NCBI GenBank assembly: GCA_000165425.1
Contig: CT867986.1
Span: 310,001-374,000 of the forward strand
Origin: Paramecium tetraurelia
Lineage: Eukaryota
Length of the DNA: 64,000 bases
Reading direction: 5' to 3'
In this document: positions 15,801-29,538 of the stretch, piece by piece
Layout of the letters: every line of letters starts with the position of its first letter
How positions within the stretch are numbered: position 1 is the stretch's first letter
Notes under the pieces: generated by a model
The model's input: only the letters and a program-made list of their open reading frames with translations
Database searches by the model: none
Told to the model about the DNA's origin: nothing
Translations under genes and position numbers: made by a program

Positions 15801-16683
15801 ATGGAATGGGATGAAGAATCTCAATTAGACTAACAGTTTCCTCCAGGATTTCCAACAACACTTAATTTCATTAAGGATTATCTTGTTTCATTTAGTGAAT
15901 TTATTCAAAGTAAGAATTTTATCATTTTTAGAGCATTATCTTGCAATTTTTTTAGAGTAGATTAATACTCCTTTGGGTATTACACCTTCAGATTTATTAA
16001 AGACAATTTCCCTTACTGGAATGTCATCAAATGTTCTTGATGACTCTACATCTGGACCTTTGTATCCATTAATAAAACACATCCATCAAATGGAACCTTT
16101 AATTGAAGAAGAAATTTGGTCAAAATTTAATTAGTCTTATGCTCTCAAGTTAAAATACTTTAACGATATTAACATAAGTGAAGAATTTAAGGAACTAGAA
16201 ATATATCATTTAAGGATGATTTATGAAGCTTTTAATGAATCTATAAATTATATAAGGCCATACGGGATTAGAGGATAACCATATCCATGGAAGTCAAATC
16301 CTTTGAAGGTTTACTAAAATTAAACAACAAAAGAGTCTATTGATCGATCTATGGGATTTGCAATTTCTAAAATGCTAAAATGGGGTTCTTTTTTGTGTGG
16401 GTTTATTCCTGAAAAAATAGAAACTCCTCAAGGAGAAATCATTGTAATAGAGGATGACTACTTGAATTCAATTAAAGAAGACAGATTATAGTAAATGTTA
16501 GAATATGAAGTAATAAATAATTTGATAATCTAGATACAAGAATCAGAGGAAAAATGGTTAAATTATGAGGAAGAATAAGCTGAAGTGGCCGTGGAAATAT
16601 CAGATGTTGTTTTTGAAACTATGCTGGATGAAGCAGCAGAGGAGATCTTCAAAATTTCATAAGCTTATAAGTTCTAAACATGA
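12866..16683 (+). CDS. Large coiled-coil protein with an IQ motif and a C-terminal DUF4378-like (CEP350/TRM-type) domain
   Basis: IQ motif AATIIQKIWRGYKTRQ near 14503-14550. C-terminus IKEDRLQQMLEYE/IQESEEKWLNYEEEQAEVAVEISDVVFETMLDEAAEEI, TGA at 16681-16683. Several short introns. Confidence 0.8.
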
Positions 16684-16870
16684 GTGATTCACTAATGATT
16701 AAAAAAGCACTATTATTGTTATATTATTTATGCAATTAATAATGTATTTAATAAATAATCACATAAACTAATACATGTTTTATCCATAAATTCAAAAATT
16801 GCATTATTTATAACAAATAATTTTAACATAATTTTAATAATTAAATCAAATTTAAAATTGAAAATTATTT

Positions 16871-17268
16871 ATGTTGCAAGAAGATCATCAGAATGCGAAT
16901 ATGAATAAGATAATTTCCATCATAAACAAAGCAATAAAAAGTATTCTAATATTTCTAAATTAGAATGTCCTCAATATGAACAGTCCTAAAATTATCTTCT
17001 CGAATCAAGAAAAATTGTATTGTTTAATGAAGGTTTAAGGGAGTAAATCTTAAAGTGTTAAGATGAAATAAGAGAACTTTAGAAGGAAATGACTCAACCT
17101 TCTAAAAAGTTAAGAAGAAAAGCTAATGAAATTTCAAAAAAGTACAGATGCTCTAATTGTGAAAAAAAATATGGCTCAGAAGCATCACTTAATTTACATT
17201 GTAAAATAAAGCATGCTTTTTCAGAAACAGATTCAAAAACTTAAATTGATCACAGTTTTCAAATTTGA
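16871..17268 (+). CDS. Single C2H2 zinc-finger protein
   Basis: RRKANEISKKYRCSNCEKKYGSEASLNLHCKIKH; one 23-nt intron restores the frame. Confidence 0.85.
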
Positions 17269-17330
17269 TTTTCCTTTTTAATTCGCAGTTTTTTTATAAA
17301 TTAAAATTTATAACAATATTATTAATCATT

Positions 17331-18172
17331 TCAAATATTTCTAAAATTAGGCGATCTCTTTTCAATAAAAGCTTAAATCCCTTCTTTTGCTGCTTAAGTG
17401 TTGAGCAAACTATTGAATAGTTATCTTTCAACCTAATTAGCCTAACTTAAAGGTAACTCTTATGCATTCTTAATAGCTGTTTTACCAACTATCAAAGTGT
17501 ATAACGATTTCTCACTAATTCTTTTCGCTATCTTTATGCATTCATCTCTTAGTTGATCCTTTTTGACTACATTTGAAACAATTCCTCTGTTTAAGGCCTC
17601 CTATGCTGTAATCTAATCTGAAGTTAGGATATATTTCATAGCAGTTGTTCTACCTACAAGATGAGTCAGTCTTTATGTTCCAGCAATTCCAGGAATGACA
17701 CCTAATTTTAATTCTGGCAATCCTAATTTTGCATCTTCTGAAGCAATAATGATATCCCCATTTAATGCTAATTCAAAACCTCCCCCTAAGGCTACTCCAT
17801 TAACACCAATTATAAGTGGTTTTCTCAATGAATCAAAAACAGTATGAATTTCATAGAATATATCAGAGATTTGCTATGATTCATATGAACAGTCACTAAG
17901 TTCTTTGATATTGGCTCCGGCGCAGAATACTTTATCTAGTTTAGATAGAATCACTAAAACCTAAAGTCAACAACAAATTATACTTTAATATTGGAGTCTT
18001 TGTCTAATTCACATACGGCTGAGCATAATTCTTTCTTCATTTAGCTTGATAAAGAATTTAAATCAGATGGAGAATTAAGATAAACTAATCCTATTTATTC
18101 TTTCTCTAATTTCTCAACCACAACTTTTTAATTTGTGCAAAGGTTTGCATGTATTAATTACAATCTTTACAT
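17331..18172 (-). CDS. Enoyl-CoA hydratase/isomerase (crotonase family)
   Basis: VFCAGANIKE, KPLIIGVNGVALGGGFELAL, LGLPELKLGVIPGIAGTQRL, EGIQAFIEKRSPNF; one intron near 17981-18003-region boundary of the N-terminal exon (approximate). Confidence 0.95.
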
Positions 18173-19104
18173 TAATATAAAAATTTATGAAAATCATTAA
18201 GTATATATATAGATTAAATAAATATGAAAGATATTGAATTTAAGTATTAGCAGATCTGAATTAATTGGTATAATCATTCTTCATTAGCATAAAAATAATC
18301 AATTATTGAGGTATAATAGAAAATTAATAAGATTGAACCGATATAAATTTATATTTCATGAAATCATGAATTTTTATATTTTTTTATTTACTATCTTTGG
18401 TATAGTTATTCTATTATTGAATTCTTAACTTTTATCTTTTATTGTCTAATATATGTAGTTACTAATAGAAGAAAGTTCAAACCTTTTCATTAATTCTGAA
18501 ATAATGCCCAAAATAAAGCATAGCATTTTTGACTTTAACTAATATAAATTTTTAATGATTTTAAATTAAATTCCTTGAATTTTAAATCAAGAATCACAAA
18601 CATAAATATTTAGTATACACTAAAGTTTATGCTTTGTTTATAAGATAAAATTAAAGACTATTGGCCCGCCCTTAAAGATCTTATATAAAACTAAAACCAT
18701 GCAGGATATACAATTAAAAGTCTTTAGTTGATTTCACTTTAAATAATAATAAAGGATGTAATAATAAGAAATGTATATGGAGGTTGCAAATTAATCATTA
18801 TTTTATTATTTTTTTTTTGAGAACATTTTTGATTAAATTTATTGATGAATATCCATATAATCAAACTTACAAAATTAGTTTTGAATTAAAACTATCTAAT
18901 TTCTTTATTTATTAAGAATAATCTTTATTTAATATAATTCTAGTTAAATCTTGCGATATTAAGATTAAAATTATGTAGACTTGAATAAAATCTTGAGGTT
19001 AAAATATTTACCAGGATATTAAATTCAATATAGTATAAGTGAGTTTTATTTTAAAATATTTGTGTAAATTAATAAAAAAGAATTTATATTAAAGACAATA
19101 CTCT

Positions 19105-22100
19105 ATGCTAAACACAGAAATCCCTAATCCTTAAAAAATTGAAGAAGCGTTTAACATAATTATGAATTCCAAAAATCAATAGATTGGCAAAGAGGCAGAT
19201 ACGTATTTGAGAAATTTGGAATAAAATTACCCATACATTTTAATATCATTATTTCAGATCTTTGAGAACAGTTAGGTATAACTTCTAGATATACTATTTC
19301 AAAGGTATATCTAAATAAATTCTAAGCATTGCTGCTAATAAAGAATGTTATCGTGAGAAATTGGGTCAAATTTTAAATGAAAGACAATCTAAGAATATAA
19401 AATATTTCAGAGGATTTAAAGAATCATGTGAAGGATAAAATATTGTAATTTTTGGGGGTTGTTTAAGATGAAAAATATAAGAAGGAAATCAATTTGATTA
19501 TCTCCGTCATAGCTAAGCATGATTTTCCAAATAAATTTTAAGGATTAGTTAATTACTTTGTTTAAGGTCTTTAAACTATAATCTAAAGTGGATCCACTAA
19601 TTGCGCATTGACTTACGATTTAGTTTGCTCACTTAAAGTAGTTTAATCTAGTGTGATTTAAAATAGAAATAGTAATTAAAGTAGATTTATTTTTAGCTGC
19701 CTTTAGAATTTAATAAGTGTAATTCTCTTAGGCAATTTGGAATAATCTATTACTTCTTTGGAAGAATATCACTTAGATTTAATAGCAAGAGTTATAATAG
19801 AATATAAATAACTATTCTTTTGTTAACAACATCTCAAAAAAGTTGGATAGATTGTTATCATTGTCAATCATGTCTCTAAACTAAGAATAAGACTAGTAAT
19901 TATATATATTTCTAAAGTTAGAGAAAAAATACAGTTAGTATTCATGTTGTTGTTGGAGAAAACAGCATATCTCCTAAAAAATGTCCAAAAACAAAAGTTA
20001 TTGTAACCAAATCTAAAAACTTTGATTCATAGTGTAGGTAATATTCAAAATCATTTTTCACTCAGTATCATCTCAGGGTTTTCAGATTACTTGCTTTTAT
20101 TAAAATTAATAATATAGAATGAATGGGATGACAAAAGAGTTTTAAGGACTGGATTAATTGGACTCGTCAAGACTCTTAAATCCTTATTCTTTTTAAGGGA
20201 AGAGTAATTTTATAATAAGAAACTTTAAGAAGCAAAATCAGAGTAGGTTAGATAATCAATTTAATTGGCAAGTTAACTTTTTAATTCGTTCTTTTAAGAA
20301 AATATGTAATTCCTTATTGAATAACTAATAAAAATTGCCTCAGTCCCCACTGATCTAAGTGACGAAGAATTAATTGAGTAAGAAGAAGACTTAACAATTG
20401 ATGATGCAAAAAATGAGATGCAATGTCCAATATTTACTATTTGTTTAATATGTCATGATTAGTTGATGTTAAGATTTCCAGAATTATTCATTCAGAAAAT
20501 TACCTAAATAATGCAATAATTAATAAACAGTAACTTTAATGCAAGCTAATAAATATTGGAGAGCTTTTTTGCAATCTTAGGATCCATACCCAAGATAACT
20601 ACTAAATTAAAAGTATAACCAATTTAAATTCAACCAATTTTATAATATCTAATATAGAAAAATACAATTTAAAGTTAGAGAAGGTTTGCATTCTTATGTA
20701 GAAATTATAGCAATTATTTTACTGATTCTGAATTGCCTTAAATTTTAGAATATGCTAGATTGTTACTAAGCAACTCATAAGATTAGATAGTTCAGTATTA
20801 AACATTAATGTGCATGAAGAAAATCATTATTTGTATGGGCCAAAACTTTGATTATAGAAATAGCTAATTTTTTGAATAGATTGCCCCTGTGATTGTTAAA
20901 CTATTATGCAATCTCTAAAAATCCAACATTTTATGGCCTTTGCTGTAGCTACTAGAAAATCTCATTTAAAAATATTCTGAAATTAATGTAAATTCTATGT
21001 AAATTTTGGTTAAAGTAATTGAAAATTCTGACATCATTTTATTAATGAAAACTAAATCATAATTACTTGTAGGAGCCTTATGTGATATGTTTTTCGCTTT
21101 ATTTGTTTCTTTCCCTTTAGGAACAAATTTAAGTCACTTATATTAATTGGCACTAGTTTTGATTGATACTAATATAGACTCAAAAGAAAATAACATTTTC
21201 GAACTTTTGCAGTTTTTAATCTAAGAATATGACCCTGCATCAGATAATAATTCCACGGGTGTTTTATTTAACAATTTGTACACCACACATGAGAAGCTGT
21301 TTATGGAAGATACCGAATTAAACCATATGTAAACTATATTAAGAGTCATTGAAGAGCTATATCTCTCAAACCATATTTAGTTGTCCCCAAACATTTTTAA
21401 TCTTCTTTAAGAAAAGTTATAAATTGCATAATAAATTGATTGTCATGATGCTGCTTTAATTTTAAAGAAGAGCTCCATAAGTTTACTGGAAACTATAATT
21501 TTGAAACAATATGATAGTATAACAGTGTAATACTACTAAAAGATTATACTATTTTTAATCTAAGAATTGATTAAGTTAAGTGGAGGTGATTAAGTTGACC
21601 AAATGTATTACACAATTTAGTACAAGAATAACATTTTGGAGATCCTAAATAGATTTATCCTTAAAGATTTATCAAGTATGATTCAAGTATTAAATTCTGC
21701 CCAAGTGTCATTAGATTAATATTTTACTTTATGGTAAGAGACAGCTTAACACATAATTAATAGGGGGAATAGGAAAATAAATGTAATTACTTAGTTGTTA
21801 TTCCTAAAATATATTTAAAAACCTACATTTGAGAAAGTATCTTAATTTGTGCTTTAAGAAGCATTTCCAGAAATTGATTATGATTTTGAGCTTAGATCCT
21901 AAGAATTCAGAGAATTGCAATAATAAAACAAGAAGAAATTAGCTAATTCTAAATAAACTAGACTATCGAAATAGTTTAGAAACAATTTTAGGAAGGAAAT
22001 CTTATAGGAAGCATGTTTATATGATGAAACATTTAATTTCAGGTCATTCTTCTTTTAAACCATATAAGTAATTAAATTGATATTTTATTAGGAATGCATG

Positions 22101-22188
22101 AAATCTTCATAATTACTCTGAATTGACTTAGATTATAAACATCCCTTCTATTATCGACAAACTTAATCAATTGTTAAATGAAAAATGA
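19105..22188 (+). CDS. Importin-beta family karyopherin (importin-11-like)
   Basis: IBN_N-type N-terminus KEADTYLRNLE...ALLLIKNVIVRNW...LIISVIAKHDFPNKF; about 1000 aa of HEAT-like helical sequence; short introns; TGA at 22186-22188. Confidence 0.8.
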
Positions 22189-22255
22189 GAGAGTGTGAAT
22201 AATATAAATATATTAATTGTAATTTAATGTATGTTTATATATTGTACAGATGAAA

Positions 22256-22691
22256 TCATTCTTTTTTTTCTTCTGCTCTTACTTTTCCTTTGCCATTAGT
22301 CAATCTAACATTGAGTTCGGCTGCTCTTCTTACAAGTGTAGCTCTTTTTCTTGCTGAGAGATTATGAGCCAATTCACCTGCAAAAGTTCTGTTATTTGTG
22401 AGTAATAATTCAAGATCCTTTTCATTTGTGATTAATAACTTTCTGAAACCAGATTAATCCAAATATCTAATTGGTTGTTATTTAAATATACCTTGTCTTT
22501 TTATCACCTCTATAACCAGCTTTTGGCATAGGTCTGTTTCCTCTGAATCTTCTTCTGACTCTGTTATCAATACCTCTTGGTCTTCTCCAACTAGGTCTTA
22601 ATTTGTGTGGGTAGTCTTCTGATTCAAATCTAACAAATCTCTTTGTTCTCTTGTGTACAATTCTTTTGTGAGCTAGTGCTTTGACAACCAT
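22256..22691 (-). CDS. RPL32: 60S ribosomal protein L32 (eL32)
   Basis: [11 protein letters not shown]...[18 protein letters not shown]...[27 protein letters not shown]; 25-nt intron at 22467-22491. Confidence 0.97.
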
Positions 22692-23282
22692 TTTTAATTA
22701 AATAAAAGATTTTATTTCAAATATACATCTTCACACTCAGAAATAATATAAAATATGCAATACACTCGAATCTAATAGCTTCCTATCAATATTGAATACT
22801 ATTCATTTTAGAATTATAGAATCTGATGCGATTAAGCAATCCTACTCTTTTATTATTATTAACTTAAATGAAAATAATTGAATCATAAAAGATAATCAAT
22901 TATAAACCTAAAGATCGTGGTTTTAGTTTTAAGATATCTAAAAGAACGGCAATATCATAGAATGGATAGGGATAATAAAATTATTTTGTTATAATTATAT
23001 GTTAATCTTGAAAAATATCTCAATTAATATCTCTTCTCATAATATTCCATCATAATTTAGGTCTTATATATTATATAATAAATGATAATAAGATGGATTA
23101 GGGTACATATAAATTATATTAAAACTCCATATTAGTCTTGGATAAATATTATTACTTAGATGAGATGGTTAAGACTTTAAATACCAAATATTTTCAAGAT
23201 ATCTTAGGTAAGTAATATTTTATAAAATCTTATTTACTAACCTTAGAATTTATATTTGTATTTGTGATCAAATTTAAAAAAA

Positions 23283-24152
23283 TCAAATTTGAACATCTAA
23301 CTTGTTTTAATTAAAACCTCTTTAATTGCGTTTTTTGATTCTTAATTTCTATTTTTGAATTCTCTTCCTTTATTATTTTAAGTTAGTCTTTTGATCATTA
23401 CTAATTGCAGTTAACATATTCACTTTGGTTTAAATTATATTCATTATCTAATATTGATGAGAATAAAATACGTTGGTTGTTATCTCATTTTAGTCCTTCT
23501 TAGGTTTATTAGCAAATGCTAAGATAGCTTAGAATAAATCTAATTTTGAGAAAGACCAAAATTTTGAGTCCAATGTAACAAATAATACTAAATCAACATA
23601 TTATATTGTTTCTTCTTAAAGAAAATCAGAAATTGTAGGGAGATTCACATCAAAGTTTATGAGATTTAGAATTTTCAATTCCATTTCAAGAAAGTCTTTC
23701 TCTGTATAATTACCATTTCCTAAAAGGATACAGTCTTACAAATTAATCTAAGTTAAGTTTGAACATTCGTTATACTATAATATTTATATAAGTAAACCTT
23801 TATAGAGATAAATAATGAAGTAATGGCAATCAATAATATATTGCTTAAATTGCAACACTTTTAAGAAAAGCATTTTTAAAATAATTAGGCAGCCAGTTCT
23901 GTGGTCTTCAAACTTAAATTATTTTCTTCACATAACTAATTTAAACTAGTAAATATCATTTACTCTATAAATCCACTAGATCAAAGTTTCCACCTTTTAA
24001 ACAAGATTTTCTACCTGATCGAATGATTCCAGTATAAAATTTCCGTTCATATAGAAATTCTGTAGATTTAATAAAATTGAAAGTTGAGATTATTTTATAT
24101 CATCTTTTGAATAATCAAAAGTTCTTTATATATTTAAAAGTATCTTAATCAT
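23283..24152 (-). CDS. Cyclin-family protein (N-terminal cyclin box)
   Basis: LIQWIYRLCEENNLSLKTTELAAQLF...LLIAITSLFISIKYNE...YTEKDFLEMELKILNLINFDVNLPTISDFL; three short introns. Confidence 0.85.
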
Positions 24153-24195
24153 AAATAATCTGATTATAAAATAAACATAATAATATTTAAAAATT

Positions 24196-24910
24196 ATGGA
24201 AAATGTCTAAGGTACTACCTTAAATATAAATTAATAAGAGTTTGTGAAACAATCTCAAAACACATAGGTGAGGCATTGTAATACATATGAAATAAACAAA
24301 AAATCATATAAAATCTATCTAAGAGAAACACAATATAGAATTTCAAAGAAAATAGGAAAATGTATAAGCTTTATGTGAATATGGAAAGGTAAAAGTTGGA
24401 TTAATAATCTGATGTGAGAGTTATAAATAGAACATTCTTCAGTAATGAGAATTTTATTAATATTGAGACCTTAGAAAATATAAATGTCTATAACGAATTT
24501 CAATTAATGAATAAGCCAACAGTACAAAATAAAACCCTTCTATTTAAATGAATGCATATCAAAGTCATTTTTTCAGAAACTTATGAATAGCTTATTAATG
24601 ATTCAGATCAGCGAAATTAGATATTGTTCAGATATTATCATTTTTTAATTCTTCAAGACTGAATTCTACTTTTATTAATGGGGACCATTTACTTGATTTA
24701 ATAAATTTTGGTCTCCATCATATATTCTACATTTTTGGAAATAATTTCATTGATCTGTAATTTATCCAAACTCATGTCCATTGATAATACTTAGAAATGT
24801 TTAATTAAACTGATATGGGATAGAAAGTTTAGATGATGTATTCAATTGCAATAAATATAATAAAGAATAATTAAGAAAATAGTATCTAGAATTATTGGAA
24901 TTTTAAATGA
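24196..24910 (+). pseudogene. Possible decayed gene remnant
   Basis: ATG followed by an intron-like GTACTA..AAG and coding-like composition, but every frame is interrupted by TGA codons. Confidence 0.3.
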
Positions 24911-24961
24911 TTAAATATTCATATTTTAAGATTACAAATATAATTTATTTGAAATAAAATT

Positions 24962-25999
24962 ATGAAAACCACAACAGTAGTAGAATCATAGGTATTAAGG
25001 ACCAATGTGGAAGTTGAATAAGTTCCATTAAGATATAATAGGAAAAGAAATTACATGTCAACTTCCTTTGTATCGGCTTAATTTCAAAACAATTAATATG
25101 GGTGCTATCAAATAATGATCGACAATCATGATTGTCGACCATAATGTTAACCTCCTCCTTAGTAACCATATATGATGCCTATGTATGTTCCTGTTCCATA
25201 TCCTTAATAATAACAGAAGGAATGTGAATGTGAAGATGGTGAATCATACAAAGAAGAATTATTGTTTTTAAGATAGAGAGTAGCAGAATTACTAGCAAGA
25301 GAGCCTGAAGTAAAGACTGTAAAAGAGAGAGTTGAAGTAATAGATAACACAAGGGTACTTATAAATGAGTATTAATAATAGGTTGAGCAACTTGAACTTG
25401 AAGCATAGAAATTAAGATTATAATTACAATAAGCATAAAATTAATTACGATAAAAAGAGCAAGAGTTTATTGAATTAAGAAGTGGAAATGATCAATCACA
25501 ATAAGGATTGTCTTCAAGAATTAGAATAATTGAGGTAAGAATTATCAATAAAATTAGGAACAATTGTATAATGTAAGACTGGAAATTGAAAGAATCACTG
25601 GATTATTGAATTAAAAAGAATAAGAAATTGTAGATTGGGAAAAAAGATGTCATGAAATTGAAAGCTCTGTTACTTATGAGATTGAAGAAAAAACAACTAA
25701 ACTAAGATCTGTATTATTAAATAACATATTCAAAGGAAGTAGAAGTTTGGAAAAGTAGATTCAAGAAATTAAACACAGACTATTTCAACTATTAAGAATA
25801 ATTAATTATGGTGTAAGCAGAGATTGATTCAATAAAAAATGGAGGAGTAAAGGAAGTTAAGGAGGTCAAGGTTGAAAAGAAGGTTGTTGGACCAACAATC
25901 ACAACTGTTTAATCAAGCCAATCAAGGACAAGAGGATCAAGAGTAATTGAAAGTTAGGAAGTCTATAAAGAGGGAACACCAGCTAGGCTATATCCATGA
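24962..25999 (+). CDS. Coiled-coil protein with P/Y/M-rich and V/E/K-rich segments (cortical/cytoskeletal-type composition)
   Basis: MKTTTVVES...QPPPQQPYMMPMYVPVPYP...EPEVKTVKERVEVIDN...EVEVWKSRFKKLN...TPARLYP-TGA. Confidence 0.75.
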
Positions 26000-26633
26000 G
26001 AAATAGATATATTAGATAATTTTAAATATAAAAATGTCTTCATCTATATTTTAGGAAGTTTATAAAAGGAAATCTTATATAAATAAAATAAATATGATAA
26101 AACCTAGATTATAAATTTGTAGGTTTACTATTAAATGCAACACCTCTATTTTTTTTCAAGAATAGATAATATTTAAATAAATAATAAGAAGGTATCTTAT
26201 TCAATTAAAAAATTCAATATTATAAGTCAATAAGTTTCTGCATTAAATGAGATAATTTTAATGAATAATTAATTATAAAAAACAGTTGTATTTTTACCAT
26301 TCATTGAATTTATTTACATAACTAAATGTATTTAATGAAGAATCTCGTATTCCTCCTTCGAGATATTGTATTGATTCTTTTTTGAAATAAAATGAAAGAT
26401 TGTCTGTATTAGATAAGTAAAAGTTTCAAGAATTATATATAATTTACCATTTGGAATGAACCATCTCAAAATAAGAGATTGTATTACTTATTAATCAAGC
26501 TATCTTATCTTTCCTACTGTTTGATAGATTCCGCAAAAAATAGAATCAATATAAAATCGGAGTATAATTTTTAGAGTTAATTAAATTTATCATAACTTTA
26601 TTAAATAAAAATAAGAAAAATAATTATTATCAA

Positions 26634-27498
26634 ATGCAATACGTAGATGACATGGTGAGAGTTCAATAATTAGCAGAATCGTGGTAAAAGAAAAAATCTC
26701 TTAAACTACTTAAATCAAGGCTATCAAGCGCTAAAAATCCCTAAAGAACCCTTTCTAGGGTTCCTCATCTTACAAGAAATTACAATACTGTTGAATAAAA
26801 TATATTTGCAGTTTCTAAATTAAACAAGACTTTTTCTCATATCTATAATTCTCCAAAAGAAAACTAAAAATAAACAAATTTATCTTTTTCAGTTGATGAA
26901 ACTTTTTATCAATTTCCTTCCAAATCAAATACAAAAAAAGAAAATTAAATGGTTATTGATAGGATCTAATATCAGTTTTAGATTTTCAAGTAAAAGAACT
27001 AGTCTAGAATTTCTAAGAAAACATCATTTTAGCCAAGAGCATCTTAAACATTCTCCAGAAATTCAATTAGCGTTCAGAACTAAGCGTAATAATCATTAAG
27101 CTCTACAATCAATAACAATCTACTTGTCAATCAAAGAACCGTATTAAAAAATGGCGTTAAATATCCATATCAATTATTGATAATGAACGATTCTAGGCAG
27201 AAAATATTAAATAGTATGATCAATTCCAATGATACTACTTTGTTAACAATAAGCAATGCGGGTGATTTAGATGAATTGAAAAAGAAGGATTCATAAGTTT
27301 ATCAAAATGAAGGTATTTAATATTTTTATATGAGTAAAGACTGTTTAAAATGAAAAACGAAAACAAGAGTTATTATCAAGAAATTATATGACTAATGCTA
27401 TGTATTCTCTTATGGCTTTAAACAGAAGATCACAAAGCAATGTTAAAACCAAATATCAAACACTATTACCTAGAGATTCAAGGTTCTATATGGTTTGA
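26634..27498 (+). CDS. Hypothetical protein; 3' end needs a 1-nt correction near 27279-27283
   Basis: MQYVDDMVRVQQLAESWQKKKSLKLLKSRLSSA... is open to about 27350; a second frame continues to PRDSRFYMV-TGA. Confidence 0.6.
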
Positions 27499-27546
27499 TG
27501 ATTAAATAATTTTATATTAATTTAAATGAATAGGATCAGTTGAAGT

Positions 27547-28349
27547 TCAATTTAAAATCCTGCATTATAATTAATAGAGTTTTTCACGAGCATCTTTTAA
27601 TTAGTTGCTTAATTCTATGTATCTGCTTTTATTTTGTTTTGGAGTTCCACATAATTCTCTTTCTAAACGTAATACGTCTGCGAATAAATACTAGTACTGA
27701 AGTTTTAAATCTAATATGATTAGTTTATTATACCATCATGTCTGCCTACACTTTTGCTTCTGTGATCTTATCGAAATTGTGGTATTTTTTTAGGAATTTG
27801 GGAAACTTTACTTTCATTTTAATTTTGCAAAATTTCTGTACATTATTACGGTTCCCTTAGGTTATAAAGACAGGCCATATTATTACAACACTTTATGTCA
27901 AAAATTTAAGCTTCAATCATTCTTATAAAATGAGGACTTAGAAAAAATCTATTGTCATTTGTATATTATACTTTTCTGTCAATGTCTTAATATTTAGTTT
28001 TGAAAATGTAACATCTTTCTCTTCTTCAGCCAATTAAAATTGTCCTGAGTGATCTCTGCTGCAACTTTGCTTATTTTTTTTTATATGGTTTCCTTTCATA
28101 CAATTGTCCCTATACAGTTGTTACACACATTAATCAAACAATTCTTTGAGATTTTTAGGATCTTATTGCTCTAATAATGGAGTTCGTATATTTTTAATTT
28201 CTATTGTAAGATGAGGAGCTCGTTACGACGATTTAGCAGTTTAAGGTAATAGAGGTTATCTCTAAGTAATACTAAATTCTATATGCAAATGAAATAAAAG
28301 AAAAAAATACAGTCTTTAGGTTGTCGATTAGTTAATTTTGAAGGTTCAT
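27547..28349 (-). CDS. Hypothetical protein
   Basis: ATG 28349 (MNLQNQLIDNLKT), several GTA..TAG intron candidates, ends DAREKLYQLQCRILN-TGA. Internal frames not fully resolved. Confidence 0.5.
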
Positions 28350-28375
28350 TTCTTTGAATAATATTATTCAACCCC

Positions 28376-28751
28376 TCAGGTTTTATTTAATTTAATAGTT
28401 ATTCTTGTTTCTATGTTTTTAGAATATTAATTAATTCACTATTAGCTTCCTTCTCTTCAAATAATTATCTTTACAATTGCTAAATATTTATACATCATAC
28501 CTTCACTTGAATTTATAATGAGATTCTTAGCTTGTTAAGATATTGACATTCAGTTCTGTAGAACTATAACTCTTTCGCAATTACTTCTTCCTCCTATTAC
28601 TGACAATAATTACATATTGATCTATTGGAGGTTATTGTTTTTCTAATAAATCAATTGTTTCATCAACCAAAGTTTTCAAAGTTGATGACTCTATTTTTTC
28701 ATCTTTTATTATTTTAACTAGTTTAAGACAAAAATCTGTATAAGTTAGCAT
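28376..28751 (-). CDS. Small coiled-coil hypothetical protein
   Basis: MLTYTDFCLKLVKIIKDEKIESS...EEEVIAKELQFYRTECQYLNKLRISLQIQVKQLQRQLFEEKE...; 20-nt and 21-nt introns give one continuous frame to TGA. Confidence 0.7.
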
Positions 28752-29538
28752 ATTATATTAATTAAAAATTAATAATAGGTTTTAACAACTAAAATTAAAA
28801 CTAATTTCTTTATGACTACATTATTCTTGTGAATAACACTATCTACTGGAATATTTTGTTGTTATTTAATCAAATAGTATTCCCTAGTGTTAATGGTAAC
28901 TATCAAAAAGCAATAAACTAAGCTTGACCTTTTTTTTAAAAATAAGCTAATGTTTAAAAATAAATTCTAAGTCAAAGACTTAAGCATCATTAGATATCAT
29001 TTAATCAATGAAAAGATGTTTGTGAAATTCTAAATATTGTCTTTATAAGTATTGAAAAATACATTTAAAGCAATTTGCAAAGGATGTGAATTTATTTTAA
29101 AGAAAATTAAAAATAACCTATTATCAAAGGACAGATTTATTATTTCAAATATCTTATCAAATCTATTTTAGAAGAATAGATTTTTTTTTTATATTTATTT
29201 GTTATTTCTATTATCTGCTCATCAATACTTTTTTAAATTAATAGATTCTTCAAAAAACTTCATAACGATTTAACAATCGCTAATTATTTCAACCATAAAT
29301 GACAAATTATCATAACTTACTATCTCAGTGTAATACCTTAAATGATTTCATTATTTATTATTAAAATGATATAAAGCTATGTATCCAACAACTATTCTAA
29401 GGTCATTTTTAAAATAATTTTTATTTAAATTTCTTTCATATAATATACTCAATGATATTTCATTATATAAATACAAAAGGTGTAAAGAAAAGCTAAAATA
29501 TTGTGAAAAATTTATTAAATTATAAACGAACATTATAA

